A stretch of DNA of 64,000 nucleotides from an uncultured Ignavibacteriales bacterium (lineage in GTDB: Bacteria > Zixibacteria > MSB-5A5 > GN15 > FEB-12), in contig CAZFOY010000007.1 of NCBI GenBank assembly GCA_964520865.1, forward strand, positions 17,494-81,493. Reading direction: 5' to 3'. Both the position numbers and the translations under genes were made by a program. Shown here one piece after another: positions 8,467-18,364 of the stretch; within the stretch, counting starts at the first letter, position 1; each line of letters begins with the position of its first letter. The notes under the pieces were generated by a model. That model saw only the letters and a program-made list of their open reading frames with translations. It did no database searches and had not been told where the DNA came from.

Positions 8467-10551
8467 ATGACAGAACATGCATATTTGATACCCCTCCTTC
8501 CCTTGTTTTCGTTCATCATGATCGTCTTCTTCCTGCGTTGGAAGGAAAAGGTATCGGCGGGTCTGTCCATCGCTATGATCCTCGGGTCGTGGTTGATGTC
8601 CGTCATAATTCTGATCGAGACGATCTCGCGCGGAGCCGTTCCTTACGAGGCGTTCTATAAGTTCATCGACCTGCCCAGATTCACGCTCGAGATCGGGATC
8701 CTGATTGATTCACTTACGGCTGTAATGCTGGTCGTTGTAACCACCGTGGGGGCATGCGTCGAGATCTACTCACTTGGATACATGAAAGACGATCCGCGCT
8801 TCAGTCGGTTCTTCGCCTATCTGTCCCTCTTCCTGTTCAGCATGCTGGGCCTGGTCGTTGCCAACAATTTCTTCATGATCTTCATTTTCTGGGAGCTGGT
8901 CGGACTCACTTCGTATCTGTTGATCGGATTCTGGTTCGAGAAGAAGTCAGCGGCCGACGCCTGCAAGAAAGCATTCCTGACCACGCGAGTGGGCGATCTC
9001 GGTTTCCTCATCGGCCTGTTCCTGGTGGCGTTCTATTTCGGGACGTTTAACTACCACCATGTGTTCGAGATCGTTGGTACAGGCACGGTCCCGGCCGGAG
9101 TCATCACGGCGGCGGCGATTTTCATATTCTGCGGTGCGGTAGGTAAATCCGCACAATTTCCGCTTCACGTTTGGCTGCCCGACGCGATGGAAGGTCCGAC
9201 CCCGGTATCGGCTTTGATCCACGCGGCCACGATGGTCGCGGCCGGTGTCTATCTCGTGGCGCGTTCGATGAGCCTGTTCGTAGGTTCGGCCGATGCTTCG
9301 CTCGTAGTTGCGATCATCGGAGTGGTGACCTCGTTCATGGCGGCGACAATCGGTCTGGTTCAGAATGATATTAAGAGAGTGCTTGCTTACTCAACCGTGA
9401 GTCAGCTCGGATATATGATAATGGCGCTGGGTCTGTACGGCTACGATACGGCCCACGAGGTTCACTCTTCGGGATTCTACGCCGGAACGTTCCATCTCAT
9501 GACGCACGCATTCTTCAAAGGCCTCCTGTTCCTCGGCGCCGGATCGGTAATTCACGCGGTTCATACGAACGACATTCAGGAGATGGGCGGACTCTGGAAG
9601 AAAATGAAAATTACTGCGATCACGTTTATGATCGCGTCCGGATCTATTTCCGGAATATTTCCCCTGTCCGGGTTCTGGTCGAAAGACGAGATTGTCGCAA
9701 CGACGGTACATCATCCGATCTTCATGGTCCTTACCCTGGTCATCGCGTTCATGACAGCTTTCTATATGTGGCGACTCTGCTTCCTCACGTTCACGGGAAG
9801 TCCGCGCGATCAGCACAGGTACGATCATGCCCATGAATCGCCGGGCGTGATGACTTATCCTCTGATGCTGTTGGCGTTTCTATCGATATTTGCCGGTTGG
9901 GTCGGTATCCCCGCCCTTGAACACGGCTTCGCGGCCTTCGTTTACCACGAGCATGCTTACCACCCGCATTTCAACTGGGGTATGGCGCTGCTCTCGACCG
10001 TGGTTGCCCTGTCCGGCGTCGGGTTGGCCTACCTGATGTACTACAAACGTTCGATTTCTCCGGAAAAGGTGGCCGCGGCATTGAAACCGCTCTATAAACT
10101 GACTTACAATAAATACTACTTCGACGAGATCTATCAGGTTATCATAATCAACCCGCTCATGGCATTCGGTCGCCTCATGTGGAGTTTCGATGCGAGGGTG
10201 ATCGATGGGTTCGTTAATCTCGTCGGCAAAGCGACAATCCTCTGGGCACAGGTCAAGCAATGGTTCGACGTCTGGATTGTCGATGGTGCGGTGAACGGCT
10301 CCGGCTGGATAGTCCGCAAGGGAGCATCGATACTCCGTTATCTTCAGACCGGCTCCCTGCAATTCTATATCCTGTTCATTATGACTATTGTGGTGATCTT
10401 CGGCATGTACAAGTTCGAATCGTCGCTCATCAATATCAGCTGGCCCGCGCTGACGCTCGTGTTTGTTGTCGGACTGGCCTTTCTTTCGATTGTTGCGAAG
10501 ATGGTTCAGGCCAGGATTAAACCGGAACAGGATTCGGAAGGCGAAGAATAG
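8467..10551 (+). CDS. nuoL: NADH:quinone oxidoreductase subunit L
   Basis: 694-aa antiporter-like subunit. Motifs: FWELVGLTSYLLIGFW, LHVWLPDAMEGPTPVSALIHAATMVAAGVYL. Confidence 0.95.
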   Translation: MTEHAYLIPLLPLFSFIMIVFFLRWKEKVSAGLSIAMILGSWLMSVIILIETISRGAVPYEAFYKFIDLPRFTLEIGILIDSLTAVMLVVVTTVGACVEIYSLGYMKDDPRFSRFFAYLSLFLFSMLGLVVANNFFMIFIFWELVGLTSYLLIGFWFEKKSAADACKKAFLTTRVGDLGFLIGLFLVAFYFGTFNYHHVFEIVGTGTVPAGVITAAAIFIFCGAVGKSAQFPLHVWLPDAMEGPTPVSALIHAATMVAAGVYLVARSMSLFVGSADASLVVAIIGVVTSFMAATIGLVQNDIKRVLAYSTVSQLGYMIMALGLYGYDTAHEVHSSGFYAGTFHLMTHAFFKGLLFLGAGSVIHAVHTNDIQEMGGLWKKMKITAITFMIASGSISGIFPLSGFWSKDEIVATTVHHPIFMVLTLVIAFMTAFYMWRLCFLTFTGSPRDQHRYDHAHESPGVMTYPLMLLAFLSIFAGWVGIPALEHGFAAFVYHEHAYHPHFNWGMALLSTVVALSGVGLAYLMYYKRSISPEKVAAALKPLYKLTYNKYYFDEIYQVIIINPLMAFGRLMWSFDARVIDGFVNLVGKATILWAQVKQWFDVWIVDGAVNGSGWIVRKGASILRYLQTGSLQFYILFIMTIVVIFGMYKFESSLINISWPALTLVFVVGLAFLSIVAKMVQARIKPEQDSEGEE

Positions 10552-10576
10552 TTTTGATTTTGGAGGATAGATTATA

Positions 10577-12055
<1,479 letters not shown>

Positions 12056-12056
12056 G

Positions 12057-13571
12057 ATGATGAACGCGCAGCTCCCACAGATGAATTTCTCGATGATGCT
12101 TCCGGAGATCTTTCTCTTTCTCTGGGCGCTGGTCGTAATTACGTTTGATCTGGTTACTCGCAGAAAGAGCGAGACCGCGACCGGATATCTGTCCATGCTC
12201 GGTCTGGCTATAACCGGGGCCATACTTGCCTTTACCGGCTACGGACGCGGGTTCGGCAATATGTTCTTCAACGATCCCTTCTCGCTGTTCTTCAAGATTA
12301 TTTTCCTTGGTGCTGCCTTTATGGCGATCGGCAGCTCATTCGGAATAGTCAAAAAGAAAATTGTCAATCACCGGGGCGAGTTCTTCGGACTTATCCTCTT
12401 CTCGACAGTCGGTATGATGTTCCTTGCGTCCTCGAACGAACTGCTGTCGTTGTATATCGGCCTTGAACTGACGACGATTCCGCTCTTTGTGCTGGCGGCG
12501 TTCTTTAAGGACAATAAGCTGTCGGTCGAAGCCGGGATGAAGTACTTCGTCATTGGAGCGTTCTCATCGGCGCTGCTTCTGTATGGTTTATCGTTCCTCT
12601 ACGGTTTGTCCGGCACGACCGATATCGTTCAGATGAAAATCAACATGGCCATCACCCACCTTACCTTCAAGAACATCGGCGTGATGCTGATTGTCTCGAC
12701 CTTGCTGATTCTTGCGGGAATCGGATTCAAGCTGGCGCTGCCGCCGTTCCACCAGTGGGCGCCGGATGTGTACGAAGGTGCGCCGACTCCGGTTGCGGCC
12801 TTCCTCTCGGTAGGATCCAAAGCGGCCGGCCTGGTCGCCTTTGCCAAGATATTCGTGAACGGTTTGTTCGCTTTCTGGGGACCTGAAATGGCGCCGAACG
12901 ACTGGGGGAGAATGGTCGCGGTCGCGGCAATCCTGGCTTTGATCATCGGAAATGTCGTGGCTATCCGTCAGTCGAATATCAAGAGGATGCTTGCATATTC
13001 GTCGATTGCCCAGGCCGGATACATCATGATCGGCATGGTGTCGATATCAGATTTCGGTCTGTCCGCGGTGGGATACTATATATTCGCCTATTTGTTCGCC
13101 AATATGGGTGCGTTTGCGATGGTCGTGATTTTCGAGGACCAGACCGGATCATGTCAGATCGCGAGCTATCGCGGGTTGTCCAAAACCTCGCCCTTCTTTG
13201 CCGCTTCCCTTTCTCTTTTCCTGCTGTCGCTGGCCGGGATTCCGCCGCTCGCCGGCTTCATGGCGAAATACAAAGTTTTCGCGGCCGCTATAAATTTGGC
13301 TACGACCGGACAGGGAAGATACGATTTCCTCTACTGGCTGACCGGAATCGGTCTGCTGACCGCCGTCTTTTCACTCTTTTACTATGCCAACGTGATCAAG
13401 GAGATGTACTTCTCCAGGGATGAGTCGCCGTACCGCATAGTGTACTCTTTTGCAGCTTCGGCCGTGGTGATCATCGGCCTGGCCGGTATCTTCATTGTGG
13501 GTATCGTCCCCGAACCGATCCTCCAATTTGCCGGCAAGATCTCGGCTGTCTTCGGATTTATGCCCCACTGA
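12057..13571 (+). CDS. nuoN: NADH:quinone oxidoreductase subunit N
   Basis: 504-aa antiporter-like subunit. Motif: FHQWAPDVYEGAPTPVAAFLSVGSKAAG. Last gene of the block. Confidence 0.9.
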   Translation: MMNAQLPQMNFSMMLPEIFLFLWALVVITFDLVTRRKSETATGYLSMLGLAITGAILAFTGYGRGFGNMFFNDPFSLFFKIIFLGAAFMAIGSSFGIVKKKIVNHRGEFFGLILFSTVGMMFLASSNELLSLYIGLELTTIPLFVLAAFFKDNKLSVEAGMKYFVIGAFSSALLLYGLSFLYGLSGTTDIVQMKINMAITHLTFKNIGVMLIVSTLLILAGIGFKLALPPFHQWAPDVYEGAPTPVAAFLSVGSKAAGLVAFAKIFVNGLFAFWGPEMAPNDWGRMVAVAAILALIIGNVVAIRQSNIKRMLAYSSIAQAGYIMIGMVSISDFGLSAVGYYIFAYLFANMGAFAMVVIFEDQTGSCQIASYRGLSKTSPFFAASLSLFLLSLAGIPPLAGFMAKYKVFAAAINLATTGQGRYDFLYWLTGIGLLTAVFSLFYYANVIKEMYFSRDESPYRIVYSFAASAVVIIGLAGIFIVGIVPEPILQFAGKISAVFGFMPH

Positions 13572-13587
13572 GGGCAACCGAAATTAT

Positions 13588-13616
13588 TTGACATAGGAAA
13601 TACCGCCGAATATACT
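13588..13616 (+). promoter_or_regulatory. sigma-70-like promoter candidate for the DUF502 operon
   Basis: TTGACA (13588-13593), 17-nt spacer, TATACT (13611-13616), about 30 nt upstream of the DUF502 start. This is a motif match only. Confidence 0.4.
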
Positions 13617-13646
13617 CAGGCTATAATTACTTTCACCCCAGGTGGT

Positions 13647-14306
13647 TTGGCTGTGAGACAATTGCTCAACATAGTGAAGCGGTATTTCGTATCCGGCGTT
13701 CTCGTGGTCGTTCCGCTTATCCTTACCTATCTCGTGCTCAAGTTTCTTCTGGAGGCGGTGGATAACATCCTTCGGCCGATAATCGAGCAGGTATTCGGAT
13801 ATTACGTGTTCGGGCTGGGAGTACTGACCACCATACTGCTGATACTTCTGGCCGGGGTCCTCACTCGGAATTTTGTTGGCGCTCAGCTCTACCGATATGG
13901 CGAGCGGATACTCGGGCGGATGCCGATCATTCGGCCGGTCTATTCCGCCGCCAAGCAGTTGCTCGAGGCGATCGCAATGCCATCGACAAGCACCTTCAAA
14001 GAAGTTGTCCTGGTCGAGTACCCGAGGCGTGGCGCCTATGCCGTCGGATTTGTCGCGAAGGAAATTGCTCTGGATACCGACGGGACTCCGCGCAAACATA
14101 CTGTTGTCTTTGTCCCGTCAACCCCGACGCCGGTCTCCGGCATCGTGATTATAGTACCGTCGAACGAAGTTACACCGCTTGATTTGACACTTGAAGAAGG
14201 AGCCAAATTCCTCGTGTCGGGAGGAGCAGCCTCCCCGGAACAGCTCAGGCGGAAAGTCGGTTTCAAAAACAGTGATGACAATGAGGTTAGATATGAAGTT
14301 GGCTAA
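13647..14306 (+). CDS. DUF502-family membrane protein
   Basis: Two N-terminal TM helices, then IIRPVYSAAKQL, EVVLVEYPRRGAYAVGFV and VFVPSTPTPVSG, as I recall them for DUF502. The start is the ORF-track TTG; GTG at 13653 is also possible. Confidence 0.7.
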   Translation: MAVRQLLNIVKRYFVSGVLVVVPLILTYLVLKFLLEAVDNILRPIIEQVFGYYVFGLGVLTTILLILLAGVLTRNFVGAQLYRYGERILGRMPIIRPVYSAAKQLLEAIAMPSTSTFKEVVLVEYPRRGAYAVGFVAKEIALDTDGTPRKHTVVFVPSTPTPVSGIVIIVPSNEVTPLDLTLEEGAKFLVSGGAASPEQLRRKVGFKNSDDNEVRYEVG

Positions 14307-15201
14307 TCTGCTTATGGAACGTCGAATTACCATCGACCTCAAAGCCAGAACCAAAGCTGAGGCGACGCTGGAATTGCTGGAGATGATCAAGGCTGAAAGC
14401 GTGCGGATGGATTACGACGAAGTCATGCGATCGATCGAAGAACGTGAAGAGATCGACAATACCTCTTACGGCCATGGTTTTGCCTTCCCGCACGCACGTA
14501 CCGATGCTGTTTCTGAGCTGTACATTCTGATCGGCGTGTCAAAAGCGGGGCTCGAAGAAAAGACGCCGGACAACATTCCGGTCCACGTCGTTTGTCTCCT
14601 TCTCACTCCGGCGACAATCGCCAAACTGTATCTTCAGACTCTTTCCGGTCTGGCTGCGTTTGGACGCACCCCCGGAACGCTGGAAAAGGTCCTGAATGTA
14701 ACCCATAAAAGCGAGCTGGTGAAGCTCATCGCCGAGACCGGAATCACGGTGGACAAGGAATTGATGGTCAAGGATGTCATGCGACACAATGTGGCCACCG
14801 TTACGCCCGATGATACACTCAAAGAGGTCGCCAACCAGATGTTCCGAAACCGACTTTCGGCGCTGGCTGTGGTCGACACGAACGATCAGCTCGTCGGCGT
14901 CATCGGCGACCGTGATCTCATCAAGGCTGCTCTGCCCGACTACAAATCTCTCATTTCCAATCTGAACTACTCCATGGATGTGGAGCCGTTCGAAGAATTG
15001 CTTAAGCAGGAAGACAAGATCAAGGTATCACAGTTGTACCGCACGGACTATGAAGTCACGACGCCGGAGACGCGGATTGTCGAGGTCGCGGCGATGATGA
15101 TATTCAAGGACGTACGTCGGGTTTTTGTCATTTCCGGCGAAAACAAACTGGTCGGCGTCCTTCTGCGAAAAGATATCGTCAACATGATTATCAGAGGTTA
15201 G
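14293..15201 (+). CDS. PTS EIIA type-2 (PtsN-like) domain fused to a CBS pair
   Basis: N-terminal EIIA-2 fold with the GHGFAFPHART phospho-His-type motif. The C-terminal part has two CBS-like modules (VMRHNVATVTPDDTL..., TTPETRIVEVAAMMIFKDVRRVFVI). Start set at ATG 14293, because the ORF-track start at 14191 would read through the DUF502 gene. Confidence 0.8.
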   Translation: MKLANLLMERRITIDLKARTKAEATLELLEMIKAESVRMDYDEVMRSIEEREEIDNTSYGHGFAFPHARTDAVSELYILIGVSKAGLEEKTPDNIPVHVVCLLLTPATIAKLYLQTLSGLAAFGRTPGTLEKVLNVTHKSELVKLIAETGITVDKELMVKDVMRHNVATVTPDDTLKEVANQMFRNRLSALAVVDTNDQLVGVIGDRDLIKAALPDYKSLISNLNYSMDVEPFEELLKQEDKIKVSQLYRTDYEVTTPETRIVEVAAMMIFKDVRRVFVISGENKLVGVLLRKDIVNMIIRG

Positions 15202-15211
15202 CGGGAGCCAG

Positions 15212-16420
15212 ATGACGGAACATCGGCACAAGTTCAAGATACCGTTTTATATCTACCTGATCTTCTCGCTGACTTTCCTGATTTCCCTGCCCGGTTTGCT
15301 TGCCGGGCTGTTTCATTGGCATATCTCGCCGGTAGCCGGTACGATTACGTTCGGCCTGGCGATTTTCGGCGGCGCCTTCATCCTCTCGTGGGCGGCCGAA
15401 GCGGCGCAGATCGATATTTCCGAGTCGCTCGCGGTAGTCATTCTGGCTTTGCTGGCGGTCCTACCGGAATACGCTGTCGATTTCGTCTTCACCTGGAAGT
15501 CGGCTCACGACCCCTCTCAGATGCACTTCGCGATCGCCAACATGACCGGTGCGAACCGTTTGCTCGTCGGACTCGGCTGGCCGTTCATCCTGTTTCTGTA
15601 TGTGCTGGTCAAGAAGAAGAAGCATATCGTGTTGGAAGCTACCCAGCGGGTTGAGATCTTCTACCTTGCGATGGCCACTTTGTATTCGTTTACGATCCCA
15701 CTCAAAGGCAGCCTCAATCTCATTGACACCGTCATCCTCGTGTTCATGTTCGCGATGTACACGCGAAGGGCGGCCCAGATGGAGTCGGGGGAGCCGGAGA
15801 TGGTCGGGCCGGTGAAGATCGTGGCGAATTTTTCTACGGTACCGAGGCGGATTTTCACGATTTCGTTGTTCGTCTATGCCGGGTTGGTGATTTTCTTCGT
15901 GGCCGAACCGTTTGCAGAATCGCTGGTGGCGATGGGCAGAAGTTTCGGCGTAAATGAATTTCTTCTGGTCCAGTGGCTGGCGCCGATCGCATCCGAGGCG
16001 CCGGAATTCATCATTGCCGCCGCCTGGGCGACACGCGGCGCCGCAGGCTCGGCCCTCAAAGCGCTGATATCTTCCAAGGTGAATCAGTGGACATTGTTGG
16101 TGGGAACGATCCCTCTCGTTTATGCCATATCGGGCGGTGCAATTCACCCGTTCGTGCTTGACACCCGTCAGGACCATGAGCTGATCCTTACGGCCGCACA
16201 GTCTCTGTTCGGAGTGGCCGTGCTGGTTAACCTGAAATTGAATAAGACGGAAGGTATGCTGCTTCTCGTTTTGTTCTTAGCTCAGCTTATTGTCGAGGAA
16301 ATCCGGCTCGAAGTAGCCGCCGTCTACATCCTGCTCGCCATCCTGTTCCACTATCTTCACAGGGGTTCGCTAATTCCGGCGGCAAAGATCGGTTTGAATC
16401 TGAAGATGTTCAAGAAATAG
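15212..16420 (+). CDS. Polytopic membrane transporter, Ca2+/cation antiporter (Na_Ca_ex)-like
   Basis: 402 aa with about 10-11 hydrophobic helices. Two halves each carry an acidic P-E motif (LAVLPEYAVDF and ASEAPEFIIAA) resembling CaCA alpha-repeats. The family call is by eye only. Confidence 0.5.
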   Translation: MTEHRHKFKIPFYIYLIFSLTFLISLPGLLAGLFHWHISPVAGTITFGLAIFGGAFILSWAAEAAQIDISESLAVVILALLAVLPEYAVDFVFTWKSAHDPSQMHFAIANMTGANRLLVGLGWPFILFLYVLVKKKKHIVLEATQRVEIFYLAMATLYSFTIPLKGSLNLIDTVILVFMFAMYTRRAAQMESGEPEMVGPVKIVANFSTVPRRIFTISLFVYAGLVIFFVAEPFAESLVAMGRSFGVNEFLLVQWLAPIASEAPEFIIAAAWATRGAAGSALKALISSKVNQWTLLVGTIPLVYAISGGAIHPFVLDTRQDHELILTAAQSLFGVAVLVNLKLNKTEGMLLLVLFLAQLIVEEIRLEVAAVYILLAILFHYLHRGSLIPAAKIGLNLKMFKK

Positions 16421-16428
16421 CGCCGTCG

Positions 16429-17109
16429 CTACTCCTCTTTGTTTTCTTTCTCCCTGAACCCGATTCGAGGAAACGGATTGACGATCGAACTGGCGATATT
16501 CGTCAGATGCGCGTTGACCCGCTTGAGATATCGGGCGTACATGGCGAGGCTGACCGACTCTCCGGTTGACAACGACCGATCCTTCACGAGTATCATATCA
16601 TCCACGATCCGATCGCTCTTTTTCGCGAGGTCCTGCTCGACCTGCAGGATGGTGCGAGCGCGGTCCTGATCCTGCGTCTTGAGGACTTCAATCACCATCG
16701 GGAAATGCCGTTCGATCGCTTTCTCGATCTCCTGCAGTGTCGATTCGTGAATGCCTCCCTTGAGCATCTTATTGTGCAAGTTGGCGAGTCCGGCAATGTT
16801 CTTGGTGTAGTCACCAATCCGCTCAACGTCTATAACGATCGAAACCAGCGCCAGTCCGGGCACGAGATTCTCATTGCCCGCGATCGTTAGGTGTGTCAGA
16901 ACTTTTCTGCGAACCTCCCGCTCGTATTTGTTGATCTTCCGGTCGGTGGCCCGGATATCGAAGGGGAGATCAGAAGTGTTCGTTTCGCGCAATGTCTTGC
17001 GCGAAGCGTGGAACATCTTTTCATCGAACTCCAGCATCAGGAGGGTTGTTTTGTAAGCCTCGTCCAGAAGGCTTTCGGAACCGAACAGCTCCTTGAATTT
17101 ATTAAACAT
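16429..17109 (-). CDS. PhoU-domain protein (stand-alone)
   Basis: 226 aa from ATG 17109 (MFNKFKEL...). PhoU-like helical repeats include VERIGDYTKNIAG. It starts 11 nt downstream of the Na/Pi transporter stop. The longer ORF-track version was rejected (see the rejected list). Confidence 0.8.
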   Translation of the reverse strand: MFNKFKELFGSESLLDEAYKTTLLMLEFDEKMFHASRKTLRETNTSDLPFDIRATDRKINKYEREVRRKVLTHLTIAGNENLVPGLALVSIVIDVERIGDYTKNIAGLANLHNKMLKGGIHESTLQEIEKAIERHFPMVIEVLKTQDQDRARTILQVEQDLAKKSDRIVDDMILVKDRSLSTGESVSLAMYARYLKRVNAHLTNIASSIVNPFPRIGFREKENKEE

Positions 17110-17120
17110 AATTGCTCCTC

Positions 17121-18245
17121 TTATCTGTACAGGTAAATAATAATACCCGGTATCAGGAAGAATACTACCACTATATATCCTATCGGCACGAGCCGTGATT
17201 TCTGGGTGAATTCGCTCAGGGTCCTGGCCAGCCAGATCGGTATCGCTTTGAGCGGCCAGAATATGAAGATACCGAATATATTGAAAATCAAATGGGCGAA
17301 CGCCACTGCCACCGCCTGGTGCGATCCGGTGACGAATGAGGCAAGGAAGGCGGTGATGGTGGTTCCGATGTTTGCGCCGAGCAGATAAGGATAAATCTGC
17401 GGGATGGTAATGACGCCTGCTCCGATTAACGGCACGACTATTGAGGTTGTGATCGAAGAAGATTGGACCAGTGTCGTCAGCGCAACACCAAGCAAGAATC
17501 CAAGGATCGGGGTGCGGAATATATATCGCTGGAAGAACTTCTCGACCTTGGCGAGGACCATCGATTTCAACACTACAACGATGTATCTGAGTGCAATGAA
17601 GAGCAGCAGGAGCGCAACTAATGCCGAGAGCCAACCGGATCGATTGGTCAGGTGAATGATCAACTCCGCCACCGGACCGGTGATCGCTTTCAGGGGCGAA
17701 GTAAACTTGAGTCCCCCGAATCCGGAAAAGACTGATTCGAAGTACTTGGCGGAACCTCCGATGATATTGAAATATATCTGCAGAGGAAGTAGGACAATCA
17801 CCGAGCAGATATTAAAGAAGTCGTGAAGGAGCGACCCGCAGAAGGCCCGCTTGAATTCATCGCCGCGATTAATATGTCCGAGCGAGACGATGATATTCGT
17901 TACCGAGGTGCCGATGTTGGCGCCCATGACCATAGGGACCGCGGACTCGAACGAGAGCACGCCCGAAGCCACCAATCCCACGATAATCGATGTCGTGGTG
18001 GAAGAGGATTGGATGATCGCCGTGGTGATCAGTCCGATCATCAAACCGATGACCGGATTGGAAGTAGCGTGGAAGATGGTTTCGGCGAAATCTTTGCCGA
18101 ACAGCTTGAAGGCGTCGCCAAGGAGTGTGATGGAGAGGATAAATAGATAAACGAGCCCTGCAAGCGCGACAAGTTTTGAAATTATCTCGCGCCGCGAGGT
18201 AGTGCGGACGGTGAAATCCCTTTCGACACCGGCTCTGACGGCCAT
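17121..18245 (-). CDS. Na+/phosphate cotransporter family protein (NptA-like)
   Basis: 374 aa, polytopic, with a duplicated motif: IQSSSTTTSIIVGLV and VQSSSITTSIVVPLI. Confidence 0.85.
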   Translation of the reverse strand: MAVRAGVERDFTVRTTSRREIISKLVALAGLVYLFILSITLLGDAFKLFGKDFAETIFHATSNPVIGLMIGLITTAIIQSSSTTTSIIVGLVASGVLSFESAVPMVMGANIGTSVTNIIVSLGHINRGDEFKRAFCGSLLHDFFNICSVIVLLPLQIYFNIIGGSAKYFESVFSGFGGLKFTSPLKAITGPVAELIIHLTNRSGWLSALVALLLLFIALRYIVVVLKSMVLAKVEKFFQRYIFRTPILGFLLGVALTTLVQSSSITTSIVVPLIGAGVITIPQIYPYLLGANIGTTITAFLASFVTGSHQAVAVAFAHLIFNIFGIFIFWPLKAIPIWLARTLSEFTQKSRLVPIGYIVVVFFLIPGIIIYLYR

Positions 18246-18364
18246 GCGCTTACGTAACCCTTACATAATTCCCGACAAATTGTTAGGAATATATGAGCGC
18301 GCGGTTAAGCGGTCAAGCGATTTGGGTCGCCCGTACAGAGAGAAATTCGGTCTCTCCCGGAGAA

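Noticed and set aside
16429-17634. The 401-aa ORF-track version of the PhoU gene.
   Set aside because: Its first ~175 codons overlap the NptA-like gene in another frame and translate to Arg/His/Pro-rich non-protein-like sequence. A clean ATG at 17109 gives a full-length PhoU-domain protein.
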